Program-made: the position numbers and the translations under genes
Notes under the pieces: model-generated
What the model was told of the DNA's origin: nothing
Databases searched by the model: none
The model's input: only the letters and a program-made list of their open reading frames with translations
Part shown: piece by piece, positions 1 to 18,335 of the stretch
Layout of the letters: each line of letters begins with the position of its first letter
How positions within the stretch are numbered: the first letter of the stretch is position 1
Assembly: GCF_009914755.1 (NCBI RefSeq)
Contig: NC_060934.1
Origin: the human T2T-CHM13v2.0 reference genome, Homo sapiens
DNA length: 64,000 nucleotides
Direction: 5' to 3' (one strand)

Positions 1-1037
1 TTCATTTTACATCGTATACATGCATAAGATATCACATGTACCCCCCAAAATATGTACAACTATTATACATCAGTTTTAAAAAGAACAACAGACATTGAAA
101 TAAAGACATACTCCTGAAAATGGGCATACCTCCTCTTAGGCTGTTGATAGGCAGGAGGTGTTCAGTCTAGTACGAGTCGATTTGGGTTAGGGTTTTGTTC
201 AGTGTTTGGGCCTGTGCCTTCAATGCCTCACAAGTTTCAAATTCCTTCAGTGATGGGCTGCTGTTCATTTGCTTCGAGTTGGGGTTTAGGTGCAGAAGGA
301 AGGGTTTTTCTCTGAGTTCCTACCTCCCCTGTAGCTTTCAGCTCTTACCACGTCATTGCACCTCTGTGGGAGTCACTGTCTATGTTCTTGTTCCTCCCAC
401 AGAGGTCATCTGCTGTTGCGTGTTATTCACATTAGAGGACAGTTGGAAAGTGAGGGGGGCGTGCCTGTTGTCCTTAGGTAGGTTCTGTGTTGCTAGACCT
501 TAAGGGTGCAGCTTCCTCAGGGCTCTTGCACCTCCTCCCACAGAGGTAGCTGACTGCCCTGTGGTCCTCCTGTAGGATCCTATGCCCACAAGGAGAGAGG
601 AAGGTGTCATCTTCTCCTCTTCCTCAGCATCAGAGGATCTTAGCCTGGTCAGAGCACAGGGAGCATTTCCTCTACATCCCCAAGAGGCAGAGGGACTTTG
701 CTGCTTCTCCTCCCTCCAAAGTAATGGATCTTTGCCTGTGCTCTGGGGCAGGGGGAAGAGGGTGTGCAAGAAAGAAAACAACAGTCATGTTATACAGCGA
801 GGGCCTTGTGTAGATAGAGTTTATGTAGTCATAATAATGCAAGCACTGAATGTTGAGCTAAACAAATAATATAACTGTAAGGAGGATGTGAGGATGGAAG
901 TATTTCTGTTTTGGGAAGCCGCAGGGTGTTAAATGATCAGTTAAATTGTCATATTCCCCAGTGTAAGGTCAATAGTTAAAGCCTAAGACTGAAAAACTTA
1001 AAATGTCAATGTAAGGATGCTATTTAGAAATAATGAG

Positions 1038-1341
1038 GGCCAGCTGTGGTGGCTCACACCTGTAATCCCAGCAATTTGGGAGGCTGAGGTGGGTGGATCA
1101 CTTGAGGCCAGAAGTTCGAGACCAGCGTGGCCAACTAGCGGAACCTTAACTCTACTAAAAATACAAAAATTAGCCTGGTATGGTGGTGTGTGCCTGCAGT
1201 CCCAGCTACTTGGGGTTCCCAAGAATTGATCAAACCAGGAAGGCGGGGGTTGCAGTGAGCTGAGATCACACCACTGTACTCTAGCCTGGGCGACAAGAGT
1301 GAGACCCTATCTCAAAAAAAAAAAAGAAAAAAAAGAAAAAA
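1038..1341 (+). mobile_element. Alu
   Basis: Dimeric Alu with A tail. Confidence 0.9.
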
Positions 1342-1777
1342 GAATTAGGTAAATATTAAATAAGCTTCAAAAAGTCACAATTCTTTATTCTAAGAAGTGG
1401 AAACTGGATAGGAGGAGGAGAGGAGACAAAGTATGGCTTTTTCATTACCAAGCCATGGAGAACTGTATGACATTCAAAGGTAGGCGAATAAAGATGCTTG
1501 ATAAAATTAAATATTAAGTTCTATAAATATAAAATTTGATACATTTAAAACTGAATTCTAAAAGTTTATAACACAAGGGTAGGGATAAAGGTGTAGGGAA
1601 AATAGGCATTCTCATATGTTGGTGGAGGGATTCCAACTGGTTCACCCTTTAAGGAGGTCAGTAGGGCACTCCATCAAAGTTCCAAATTCAGTAATTCCTA
1701 CTACAGATATGGTAGAAAATTGTATTTCACACTTGAATGCAATAAGACTAGAAACCATCCAAATATTACCAGTAGGT

Positions 1778-2090
1778 GGCCGGGCGCAGTGGCACACATC
1801 TGTAATCCCAGCACTTTGGGAGGCTGAAGCAGGTGGATCATTTGAGGTTAGGAGTTCAAGACCAGCCTGGCCAACATGGTGAAACCCCATCTCTACTAAA
1901 AAAAAATACAAAAATTAGCCAGGTGTGGTGGTGGGTGCCTGTAATCCCAGCTACTCGGGAGGCTGAGGCAGGGAGGATTGCTTAAACCCGGGAGGCAAAG
2001 CTTGCAGTGAGCTGAGATTGCGCCATTGCACTCCAGCCTGGAGGACAGAGTAAGACTCCATCTCAAAATAAATAAAGAAAAATAAAAATA
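1778..2090 (+). mobile_element. AluS
   Basis: Full Alu; TSD-like attacca(g/a)taggt on both sides. Confidence 0.9.
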
Positions 2091-2550
2091 AAGATTACCA
2101 ATAGGTGAATGGTTAGCAGCTATACAGTGGAATACTATCTAGCCATTAAAGAAAAAGGTGACACTTTGTGTACTTACGTGGAATGATACCCCAGGTAAGA
2201 AGCAAGATGCAGAACGGCATCAGTGTCTCTCCAGATTACCAGAGAAACCAGAAGTAGTTTTGTTTCTAAGGAAACAGGGAAATAATTCTCTTCTAAGGAA
2301 GTGAACTTGATAGCTTAGGGATAGAGCTGGGAGGAGGATTTTTTTTTGCCATATACCCTTTTGTGTCTTTTGGATTTTAAACTATTTGAGTCAATTACCC
2401 ATATAAAGTTTTAAAAATAAAATTATAATGGTTAAGTACATTGGGCTATTTATATGGAAAATACTTTAATTTGTTTCTTAGTTTCCATTATATATTATAC
2501 ATTCTGAATGGACCATATGACTAAATGAGAGAATCAATATGTTAAAACCA

Positions 2551-2903
2551 GGCCAGGCACAGTGGGTCACACCTGTAATCTCAGCAGTTTGGGAGGCCAA
2601 AGCAGGAGGATTGCTTTGAACCCAGGCTGGTCTCATCTCGAACTCCTGTGGTCAAATCAACTTCCTATCCCAGGAGTTTGAGACCAGCCTAGGCAACATG
2701 GTGAAACCTCATCTCTATGAAAAATACAAAAATTAGCCAGGCGTAGTGGAACATACCAGTAGTCCCAGCCACTTGGGAGGCTGAGGTGGGAGGATCACTT
2801 AAGCCCAGGAGGTTGAAGCTTCAGTGAGCTGAGATCGTGCCACTACACTCTAGCCTGGGTGACAGAGTGAGACCCTGTCTCAAAAAAAAAAAAAAAAAAA
2901 AAA
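2551..2903 (+). mobile_element. AluJ-like with internal inverted segment
   Basis: Alu with about 45 nt of reverse-complement Alu sequence at 2621-2666. Confidence 0.85.
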
Positions 2904-3191
2904 TTAAACCTTGAGAACATATTTCTTGACATTAGGATTGGAAGGTTGTCTTAAGAGACAAAAGCATGTCAAAAAGAGTAAAGATGAAGTAATTTGTCTA
3001 CACTAAAATTTAAAAACTGACATAAAAATGCCATAAAGAGAATGCTGTGATAATCATGGACTGAGAAGATTGTTGAAACACAATTGTCAACATTTGGTAT
3101 ACAGATTATATAATGAACGCCTACAAATCAATGAGGAGAAGAGTTCAGGGAACACTTCAATTGAATAATGTGCAATAAACACAAATAGATT

Positions 3192-3677
<486 letters not shown>

Positions 3678-3966
3678 TTATTTGAAGTCGTATTTTTTTA
3701 TAGCTAGGATGACACTTCACATCTGATTTTGATAGTGTCTTTTTACATGCCAATACACTATAGACATCTTTCTGTTTTAACATGATACATAGAACTCTGA
3801 ACTCCATTTCTAGATGTATTTAACAGGATATATTATCCAATGATAAGACTAATTTGGATAGGATTCTTTCTGAGGGAAGGATAATGGTATAGAGAACCTC
3901 AAGGTTTTTCTTAGGGTTTTATAGTTTTTCATTTTTAATGTAGATTGTTTTCTGCTTTTTTAAAAG

Positions 3967-4111
3967 ACATTATTGCAAGAGCATCTCAAGCAGACGTCGT
4001 TACAATCGTGATTTGGAACAGGATGAAGCATTTATTCCAGTTGGAGAATCACTAAAAGACCTTATTGACCAGTCACAAAGTTCTGGTAGTGGGTCTGGAC
4101 TACCTTTATTG
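3967..4111 (+). CDS. BMPR1A: BMPR1A coding exon (juxtamembrane and GS domain)
   Basis: aaag|A CAT TAT TGC...TTA TTG|gtaagt; 145 nt; translates [48 protein letters not shown] (SGSGSG GS box). Not in the ORF track. Confidence 0.97.
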
Positions 4112-4830
4112 GTAAGTTAAACGTTCCTATAGACATGAATGGTGTGTTGATTTAGAATGTGTCCTCATGATGGTGGACAGTATAATTATTGCAGATCAGG
4201 GAACAATAATGGACACATTTTTTTCTCCTTATTTAGAAAGAGGTATGCAGTATTGCAAGGTGAAATTAGTTAAAAATAAGAAATATGAACCAAGAAAAAT
4301 AGAATAGTCAAGTAAGATAGAGCTATAAACCAGGTTATAGGAACCAAGTCCTACAGAGAAAGGCAGGGGAAGTTAGATCACGAAGTCCTATATGAAAGGC
4401 AAGAGTTAGCTCACAAGTTTTGCTCTAAGCATTTTACCAGCCAACTTAAAGAGGAATCAGGTATAAGATTCCTTGCATCTGTAAGTTTAAACTGATTGAT
4501 TGAGGGAACTGTAACTATTTCAGATTCTGAAATAAAAAAGAAGTTTCAACAGATATTCTTAGAGAGGATGCTTCTCTCAATATACTACTACCAAAACACA
4601 TAGTTCAATAAAAAATAATTTTAAAGGGAATTACAAATAAATTCCAACAAATTTGGATGGATTCTTGGTATCAGGGAAAAAAAAATAATCCCAGCAGGTT
4701 CATTTATATATGGAAATACTCAGTTTTGGGTTGAAGGAACTCTTATTTGAGAGGACCTGTATTATGAACACTAGATATCCAGATAGGTTTAAGTTTTTAA
4801 TTGTATTAGTTGAAAGAAACTGATCTCTTC

Positions 4831-5152
4831 TTATTTTATTTTATTTTACTTTATTTTATTTTAATCGTATCGAGATAGTCTTGCTCTGTCACCCAGGCTG
4901 GAGTGCAGTGGCCCAGTCTTCGGCTCACTGCAACCCCTGCTTCCCAAGTTCAAGCAATTCCCGTCTCAGCCTCCGAAGTAGCTGGAATTACCAGATGCAC
5001 CACCACACCAGGCTAATTTTTTTTTTTTTTTTTTTTTGAGGGATGAGGTTTCTCCATGTTGGCCAGGCTGGTCTCAAACTCCTGGCCTCAACTGATCCTT
5101 CCACCTTGGCTCCTAAAGTGCTGGGATTACAGGTGTGAACCACCGCACCCAC
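4831..5152 (-). mobile_element. Alu with (TTTTA)n tail
   Basis: Antisense Alu consensus. Confidence 0.9.
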
Positions 5153-5204
5153 CCTGATCTCTAATTTTGAAATTCATCTTATTAAATAACTCTAATTGAA
5201 TTGG

Positions 5205-7205
<2,001 letters not shown>

Positions 7206-7216
7206 TAAAAACTTAC

Positions 7217-7470
7217 AGGCTGAGGCAGGCAGATCACTTGAGGTCAGGTGTTCGAGACCAGTCTGGCCAACATGGTGAAACCCTGTCTCTACTAAAAATA
7301 CAAAAATTAGCTGGACGTGGTGGCAGATGCCTGTAATCCCAGCTGCTCGGGAGGCTGAGGCAGGAAATTGTTTTAACTGGGGAGGCAGAAGTTGCAGTGA
7401 GCTGAGATTGGCCGCCGCACTCCAGCCTGAGCAACGGAGCGAGACTCTGTCTCAAAAAAACAGAACAAAA
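7217..7470 (+). mobile_element. 5'-truncated AluS
   Basis: Alu consensus. Confidence 0.85.
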
Positions 7471-7985
7471 TTTACAAAAGGATTCTATAATAAATGATAC
7501 ATAAAGTCACTTTAGCTTTGCACTAAATCTAGTCCATTTTAGAAGCATTTCCAACTTGGAGCATAATGTTCTTTTTAATTTAGAATGATCACTAATGCTT
7601 CTGAAAATGAAAGATAACAATCCATGTACATCTTTTATTTAACAAATATTAAAGTACTTCTGATATTGTCCCAAATAAATACTTATATTCTGTGAGCAGG
7701 GGATGGAATTCAAGCAAATATATATGTAAATAAGAATAAAGTTATGATTGTGTTAAGCGCAGCAACTGAGAGGTTTTGTGTGCTATGAAGGTGTTTAAGT
7801 GAGAAAATAGCACTCTAAGTAAAGGGAACTGGATATTCAAAAAAACCCAGCGACAGGAATAAGCTTGAGTGAATTCTAAAAGTTGAGATAAGTCAAACGA
7901 GGTTTGTGGGTGGGTGGTCAAAGCAAATAATGGGACCAGGCCAGATCAGGCAGGGTCTTATAGATGGGATTTTTAAGATCTTTAA

Positions 7986-8370
7986 CTGTTATTTGGACTT
8001 TGCTGCATAATAAACCACCCCAAAACTTAGTGATGTGAAGCAACAAACATTATTTCTCATTCTGTGAGTCTGTGGGGCAGTTCATTTGTTGGACTTGCTT
8101 AGCTAGAGCTAGGTGGTGTAGTTCACACCCTTGGCCGACAGTTCATGCTGCCATTATTTTTTGGTCACAGGGTTCCCAAAGCAGCAGGAAGGGGGCAAGC
8201 CCCAGTCCACAAACATTTGTCAGGTCTTTGCTTGTATCACGTTCGCTGTTGTTCTTTTATCCAAAGCAAGTCATGTGGCCTAAGCCCTGAGTCTGTGGAC
8301 CAAGACTACCCACGACTGTGTGCACTGGGAGGGTAATTATTATGACCATTTTTGCAAACAGCCAGCCACT
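7986..8370 (-). mobile_element. Old MLT1-type MaLR LTR
   Basis: gctgcataataaaccaccccaaaacttagtg is typical of MLT1 LTR ends. Confidence 0.55.
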
Positions 8371-8433
8371 TGAATAACCTGTTTATGATTTCAGAATACA
8401 TTGTACATTGTTTCATACTTTAAAGTACATTAT

Positions 8434-8736
<303 letters not shown>

Positions 8737-8812
8737 TTATAAGTTTTTAACTGGAGTTGGTTGGGTACACCATGCTTTTTGATGAGATGGACTACCCCTT
8801 TGCCAGTCTTAA

Positions 8813-9130
<318 letters not shown>

Positions 9131-9603
9131 TGAAAATGTGTGAGTTCAACTATATACATTTGGCTAAAGGAAACCTAGTAGAATACACGGTTTGAATAAA
9201 ACATAGTCCGGAATGCCAACCAAGATCTTTCTTTACTAACCAGCTGAAGAAACAGCAGTGAGTTTCAAATGGAAAATAATACTAGTTTATTGGACTTACT
9301 CCCATAGTAATGAAAACCCAGTCTTTTATAGATAACTTAAGCAGTGATTTAGGGTAACATTAACATATGTGCCTTTTCCCTTTCATAAGCTCAACAGCCC
9401 AACATGCAGTTTCATTGTACGTTCTGTGTTTAATGTGTGTTTCCCCCCATCTCCACATTTACACAATAGCAAAGTAATTTAGGTGTGAGCTGGTCAGTCA
9501 GGTACATAAGCCGATCTGGCTATCCTGAGTTTTCTTTTCCCTTCACCTCTTGTTTTCCTCCCTTTAATTTGGAGAGCCCATAGCATGTTGCCAAGCAGGC
9601 AAT

Positions 9604-10052
9604 TGTATTAGTTTCCTAGGGCTGCTGTATCAATTACCACAAACTGGGTGGCTTCAACCTCCAAAACGTATTCACTCAGTTTTCGAGGCTAGAAGTTTAA
9701 AACCAAGGTGTTGGCAGAGCTGTTGTGTCTCTGAATACTCTAGAGGAGGAGCCTTCCTTGCCTCCTCTGGCTACTGGTTGGTGGCCAGGAATTTTTGGTG
9801 TTCCTTGGCTTAGTATAGACAACACTCTAGTCTCCATTTCTGTCATCAGGTGGCCTTCTCCCTGGGTGCCTGGGTCCACATTTCCACCTTACAACATCAC
9901 CAGCCATTGAATTCGGGCCCACGCTAATCCTGTATGAGTCATCTTAACTTGATTACATCTGCAAAGACCCTCTTTCCAAATAAGGTCACGTTTATAGATG
10001 ACATGGATTTTAGACATGAATTTTGTCGGGGAGCACTGTTCAGCTCAGTACA
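9604..10052 (-). mobile_element. MLT1 (C/D-like) MaLR LTR
   Basis: tgtattagtttcctagggctgctgt...accacaaactgggtggctt; ends ...cagtaca. Confidence 0.75.
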
Positions 10053-10327
10053 TAGCACTCACTGACCTTTTTCTGGAGGGAAGAGGGTAGGAGAGAAAGG
10101 AAAAGAGCAGGACTGTGGGCCTGGCAGTCAACGAGCCAGACTGAAAAGGCAGCTGTGATGAGTCACTGATGGGCAAATGGGAGTTGGCTTAATTAGGAGC
10201 TAACTCTTAGTTGAACATTCTTAATTTTATAAAAGTGTCCACTTTTTGCTTTGAAATTGAGAGCCTTTTCTACTAGAGAATCATGTAGGTTGATAATATT
10301 CTCCAGGTTATTTGTATAATATGTCAT

Positions 10328-10641
10328 CTTTTTCTTTTCTTTCCTTTTCTTTTCTTTTTTTTTTTTTTGAGACGGAGTCTCATTCTGTCGCTCGGGCTGG
10401 AGTGCAGTGGCGCCATCTTGGCTCACTGCAACCTCTGCCGCCAGGTTCAAGTGATTCTCTTGCCTCAGCCTCCAGAGTAGCCGGGACCACAGGCACTTGC
10501 CACCATGCCCAACTAATTTTTGTATTTTTAGTAGAGACGGGGTTTCGCCCTGTTGGCCAGGCTGGTCTCGAGCTCCTGACCTCAAGTGATCCTCCTGCCT
10601 TGGCCTCCCAAAGTGATACAGGTGTGAGCCACCACACCCAG
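10328..10641 (-). mobile_element. AluS
   Basis: Antisense Alu. Confidence 0.9.
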
Positions 10642-10873
10642 CATATATGATCTTTTTCTTAATCCTATTCACTTTCATGATTATTAAGATTATTATAAAT
10701 TTATTGTAGAAGTACAGTTATATGTGTAAATGTAGAAATATAATTTTTAGTAACACATTCACGACTTGGTGTCAGGCGAATTAAAGTTTCACTATCTGCA
10801 CATGATACCTAAGTTTTTCTCAGTATCCAGAATGAGCATTACTTCTCCCTAGCCTATCTCTGATGATAACTAA

Positions 10874-11197
<324 letters not shown>

Positions 11198-11399
11198 TGA
11201 GTGGTTCTTTGCCCCACTGTTTTGAAATTATTTTAATTTCCAAAAGATATTTCCCTATTTGTATTCAAGATAATGGAATTCTAAAAATGTGCATATGCTT
11301 GTTTTTAGTTACATAAATGTATAGTTGGGGGGGATTTTGTTCTTTTTACAAAAATTGTGTCCTACTTCTCCTATACATAATTCTTGATATATATATATT

Positions 11400-11710
11400 T
11401 TTTTGGTGTTTTTTTTTGTTTGTTTTTTGTTTTTTGTTTTTTGTTTTTTTTAAAGACAGTGTCTCACTCAGTTGCCCAGGCTGGAATATAGTAGTGTGAT
11501 CTTAGCTCACTGCAACCTCGACCTCATGGGCTCAAGCAATCCTCCCACCTCAGCCTCCTGAGTAGCTGGGACTACAGGCATGCACTGCCACACCTAGCTA
11601 ATGTTTTTATTTTTTGCGGAGATGGGGTCTCACTGTGTTGCCTAGGCTGGTCTCAAACTCCTAGGCTCAGCTGATCCTCCCAAAGTGCTGGGATTACAGG
11701 TGTGTGCCAT
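11400..11710 (-). mobile_element. AluJ
   Basis: Antisense diverged Alu. Confidence 0.85.
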
Positions 11711-12544
11711 ATAGTCTTAGCCATCCTTCCATTTCAGCTGATGTAAATCTACTTCATTCTTTTTAACAGATGCAGAGTTTTCCATATGTGGAGGTACTGT
11801 AGTTTATTCTTAAGACCCAACTGATGAACATTAAAGGTGTCTTCAGTTGATTATGAAAAGGTTTTTTAATGAACATTGTTGTATTTTAACCATATATTAT
11901 ATATTTGATCCTTGTGCACTTGTACAAGCATTTCTTCATGATGGATTCCTAGAGAAGGGCCTGCTGAGGCAGTGAGTTTATACATATTAAACTATGGTAT
12001 GTTGCATATTATTTCTTTCAGCAGTGTGCCTCAGTTTACACACCCGTAAGCAGTAGAGATAAGGATGTCATTTTTCTGTCACCACTTGATAGTGTCAGTA
12101 TTTTAAAACAAATGCAAGTGTTAGAAATTACAAATTTTTAGGAAACCTTTGAAACCATTTTAATCTTGTAATTCTAGAATGGAGTGGCTGCTTTACATTT
12201 CAGAATTCATTTTAGGCTGTAATATAAAAGTACCAGTCTTTAAAACAACTGTAAGAGACATTTAAATCTGTTACAGTGTTCTGAGTCAGTGTAGTATTTG
12301 TTGGCTCAGATATTTATCAGATGCTATAGGAAAATACAACGCATTATATTGATCACTGCTTTAGAGTAATTATTACTAATTGTCAGTATGATCATGTAAA
12401 CATTGCTAACAACAGAACTCTGTTGATGGGACCCATAAAGAAGAAAATGTAATCCTATGTCACAAAGCCTTAGTGTATCATATGAGAGTGGTAAAAGCAA
12501 GCGATTCCTCTTGTATTTTCATATTCACCACTTCTCAGACATAA

Positions 12545-12879
<335 letters not shown>

Positions 12880-13172
12880 TTAACTTTATCTTATATTCAG
12901 TGTTGTCCTCTTTCTTAGACACCAGACTTATTTAGTGACAAAACCTGACCTGAACGGATGTGAGGTGTGTATTGCCCTTATCCAGTTGAGGAGGACTATC
13001 GGACTTAGTGTTTTGCTGTAGACACAGTACTGAGTACTGAGTTGGATTAAGAGTGCTGCCCCAACCCTGCTGAGGATGTCATGTAGTATGTAGCATGTAT
13101 TTAAAGAAAAATCTGAAAAATGCTAAATTCCACAATGCATCTGGCCCCAAGGAGAAAAAGAAGCTTTTATAA

Positions 13173-13442
<270 letters not shown>

Positions 13443-13491
13443 TGATTATGTTGATTTACTCATCATTTTAAAAATAACAGCTCCAGTTATA

Positions 13492-14165
13492 TAACTTTTT
13501 AGTTTTTAATTTTTGTGGGCACATAGTAGGTGTATATATTATTGGATAAGGAGTTATTTTGATACAGGCATGCCATGTGTAATAATCACATCTTGGAGAA
13601 TTGGATATCTGTCCCTTCAGACATTTATCCTTTGTTTCACCAACCAGTTATACTCCTTGAGTTATTTTTAAGTGTACAATTAAATTATTACTAACTGTAG
13701 TCCTCCCCGTTGTGCTATAAAATACCAAATACTTATTCATTCTTCTATTTTGTCTCTACTTATTAAACATCCCCCCCCATCTGCTGCTACCCTTCCCAAC
13801 CTCTGGTAACCATCCTTCTGTTCTCCATGAGTTCAGTTGTTTTGATTTTTAGATCTCACAAGTAAGTGAGAACATGTGAAGTTTGTCTTTCTGTGCCTGG
13901 CTTATTTTACTTAACGTTATGACATCCAGTTCCTCCATGTTATTTCAGAAGGCAGAATCTCATTCTTTTTTCTGGCTGAATGATACTCCATTGTGTGTAG
14001 GTGCCACATTTTCTTGATGTGTTCATCTGTTGATGGTCACTTAGGTTGCTTCCACATCTTGGCTATTGTGAACAGTGCTGCAGCAAACATGAGGGTGCAG
14101 GTATCTCTTCGGTTAGCTGATTTCCTTTCTTTTGGGTATACACCTAGGAGTGCAATTGCTGGCAG
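13492..14165 (-). mobile_element. L1MA-type 3' end
   Basis: Antisense L1 3'UTR (gtgagaacatgtgaagtttgtctttctgtgcctggcttatttt; ttgctggc). Confidence 0.8.
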
Positions 14166-14187
14166 TTACGTAATTTAGATGTCACAT

Positions 14188-14720
14188 ACGTCAGAGTCCC
14201 CAAGACCACCCCCAGGTTGTGCGATTTCACTTGAAGGACCACAGGACTCGGCATGTGGTTGTCCCAATGGCTAACATTTATCCCAGTGAAAGGATACAAA
14301 TCAAAATCAGCCAAGTTTAGAAAACCAGGCGAGGCTTCCCAGAATCCTGTCCCAGCGGAGTCAGGGCGTGTGCTTCATTCCTCTTACTAGTTGTGACAAC
14401 ACATACAAAGTGTTCTCATTCGGGAAAGCTCCTTAGAGACTTGGCACCCAGAGATTTTACTGGAGGCTGGTCACATAGGCATCCTCTGCCTGGCATGTAC
14501 CAGAATTCCAGCAGGAAAGCAGACGTGCAGTACACACCACATTGTTTGCACAAGCAGCCCAGGAGTGGTGAGTTACCCTCACCGTTTCCGGTAAGTTTTA
14601 TATCCATGTAGGGAACTGTTTACCATTTGTGTACCCGGGCACTGGCCAAGGCCAAACCTTGCAAGCCGCCTTTCCTAAGGGAAGGTCTCAGGCCTGCTGT
14701 GTGAACCCTTATCTGCACCT
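14188..14720. mobile_element. MER21-like LTR
   Basis: gtccccaagaccacccccaggtt...ggatacaaatcaaaatcagc resembles MER21. Confidence 0.55.
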
Positions 14721-15102
14721 CATAAGTCTTTCTACTGCAGAGCAAAATGAAACAAAATAATAAAAACTATTCATTAGTAGGAACAACCATATAAGTAAAT
14801 AATTATACTTTAGGGTAAATGGCTGATTTCGCCTTGCTTATTTTTTTTAAGGAAGATTGATATGCCCTTTGTCGATGGACTCTATCACAGTTGTGATGAC
14901 ATCCCTGGTGGAGGTAGAGGAAATAGTTGGACATAAATAAGAGAAAAACATACATCTACTATTAAGAGTGAATCATAGTGTCTATATTTTTTCTTGTGTA
15001 AGAATCCGTTTTAGTTCCATAGTTTAGCAAAAGATGCTTACTAGATTGGTATATCTTGTCCAGCAACCATTTTTGTGCCCATGTTTTCTCATTCCCTTAT
15101 AG

Positions 15103-15233
15103 GGATCGTGGAAGAATACCAATTGCCATATTACAACATGGTACCGAGTGATCCGTCATACGAAGATATGCGTGAGGTTGTGTGTGTCAAACGTTTGCGG
15201 CCAATTGTGTCTAATCGGTGGAACAGTGATGAA
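15103..15233 (+). CDS. BMPR1A: BMPR1A penultimate coding exon
   Basis: ttatag|GGATCGTG...GATGAA|gtgagt; 131 nt; [43 protein letters not shown]. Confidence 0.97.
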
Positions 15234-15320
15234 GTGAGTGGAACTCAGTCCCCTGAAGAAGTGATTCGTAAATGCCACCAAATATATTCTCTGCTCACTG
15301 AACATCTCTTTACTTTTCAG

Positions 15321-15446
15321 TGTCTACGAGCAGTTTTGAAGCTAATGTCAGAATGCTGGGCCCACAATCCAGCCTCCAGACTCACAGCATTGAGAATTAA
15401 GAAGACGCTTGCCAAGATGGTTGAATCCCAAGATGTAAAAATCTGA
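15321..15446 (+). CDS. BMPR1A: BMPR1A last coding exon
   Basis: tttcag|TGTCTACGA...AAAATCTGA; [41 protein letters not shown]. Confidence 0.97.
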   Translation, partial: CLRAVLKLMSECWAHNPASRLTALRIKKTLAKMVESQDVKI

Positions 15447-16915
15447 TGGTTAAACCATCGGAGGAGAAACTCTAGACTGCAAGAACTGTTTTTACCCATG
15501 GCATGGGTGGAATTAGAGTGGAATAAGGATGTTAACTTGGTTCTCAGACTCTTTCTTCACTACGTGTTCACAGGCTGCTAATATTAAACCTTTCAGTACT
15601 CTTATTAGGATACAAGCTGGGAACTTCTAAACACTTCATTCTTTATATATGGACAGCTTTATTTTAAATGTGGTTTTTGATGCCTTTTTTTAAGTGGGTT
15701 TTTATGAACTGCATCAAGACTTCAATCCTGATTAGTGTCTCCAGTCAAGCTCTGGGTACTGAATTGCCTGTTCATAAAACGGTGCTTTCTGTGAAAGCCT
15801 TAAGAAGATAAATGAGCGCAGCAGAGATGGAGAAATAGACTTTGCCTTTTACCTGAGACATTCAGTTCGTTTGTATTCTACCTTTGTAAAACAGCCTATA
15901 GATGATGATGTGTTTGGGATACTGCTTATTTTATGATAGTTTGTCCTGTGTCCTTAGTGATGTGTGTGTGTCTCCATGCACATGCACGCCGGGATTCCTC
16001 TGCTGCCATTTGAATTAGAAGAAAATAATTTATATGCATGCACAGGAAGATATTGGTGGCCGGTGGTTTTGTGCTTTAAAAATGCAATATCTGACCAAGA
16101 TTCGCCAATCTCATACAAGCCATTTACTTTGCAAGTGAGATAGCTTCCCCACCAGCTTTATTTTTTAACATGAAAGCTGATGCCAAGGCCAAAAGAAGTT
16201 TAAAGCATCTGTAAATTTGGACTGTTTTCCTTCAACCACCATTTTTTTTGTGGTTATTATTTTTGTCACGGAAAGCATCCTCTCCAAAGTTGGAGCTTCT
16301 ATTGCCATGAACCATGCTTACAAAGAAAGCACTTCTTATTGAAGTGAATTCCTGCATTTGATAGCAATGTAAGTGCCTATAACCATGTTCTATATTCTTT
16401 ATTCTCAGTAACTTTTAAAAGGGAAGTTATTTATATTTTGTGTATAATGTGCTTTATTTGCAAATCACCCACTCCTTTACAACCATACTTTATATATGTA
16501 CATACATTCATACTGTAGAAACCAGCTCATGTGTACCTCATATCCCATCCTTAAGAGAAGAAATGTTATAAAGTAGAACTAAATATAAATTTTCAGAATT
16601 AATGCATTCAAAGTAATATATCAAATCCAGGACTTTGTTAACTTCAGGTAAAAACTTCATTAGGGTAATATCATCTCAATTTTTTCAAATGAAAGGATTC
16701 TCTAATTAGAAATTTATATGTCAGAGCTGTTATAAATTTATCAACTGTCAAATATGTTCTGGACAGCTAAATCATTTGAGATTTTTGGTTTTTTGATTTC
16801 TATTCCCTAACTTGTGAAGACAATGAAAAATCAGGCAGAAATATTTAGTATCTAGTCAGTATCTGTAGCTACACTGTATAACTGTTCTTCAATAAAATGG
16901 TTCATATTTTATAGA
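15447..16915 (+). other. BMPR1A: BMPR1A 3'UTR to the proximal poly(A) signal; longer isoforms likely
   Basis: Repeat-free AT-rich sequence after the stop; AATAAA at 16891-16896 with further AATAAA at 17043 and 17748; Pumilio element TGTACATA at 16497-16504. Confidence 0.7.
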
Positions 16916-17446
16916 TGCCTTGTTATCTCAAGAAATCTGATTTACATAAACTTATACTTCTTTAATGCTTTTTAAATATTTATTCTGAGCAAACAATTCA
17001 TGAGTACATCAAGTGAGATAGTTTTATTTGATTATAACATAAAATAAATGTGATTATATCACATCATCATCAAAAAGGTTTAAATTAAATGGGAGGAAAT
17101 CAGCATATGTCCACCCATTACCAAAATTTGACTATCATTTAAGGTTAAAACTTACAAATTTGTCTGCACATCAAATTTCACAAATTTGAAAATTGCCTTA
17201 ACCATTTTGATTAATAAGTTTCATCTGCCATAATTAAAGTCTGAAGTGTTCATCAAGATAAGTAAATTTGCATATGGATAATACCCAATAACTTGTTTTT
17301 TCAGAATTTTTCACCATATGTATACTGAGAAATACAAATATTTTAATCTGCGTTGCCGTATGATATGATTGCACTTAGAACACCCAATTTACTTAAATCT
17401 TGGTTTACTTTTGACTTGATACCATAATCTTTAAAATCATTTGTCA

Positions 17447-17733
<287 letters not shown>

Positions 17734-17981
17734 TCATTTGTCATCTTAATAAAAATATAAAGACAGGCAAAGTTTATTGGAAATGTTCAAATGGTGTGTG
17801 GAAGCAAAAAATTACAGCCAGTATATGAGACCACTATTATGGTTTTTTAAAATTAACTTGGTCTAGTAAAAGTGATATCAAGAGTTAATCTTAGAAACTT
17901 GCTCAGTAAAAACATTTTCTAGTATAACATGTTCTTTAAAAAGCAAATGCTGCCGTCTTTGGAATCTTAATCTAAAAATGT

Positions 17982-18335
<354 letters not shown>

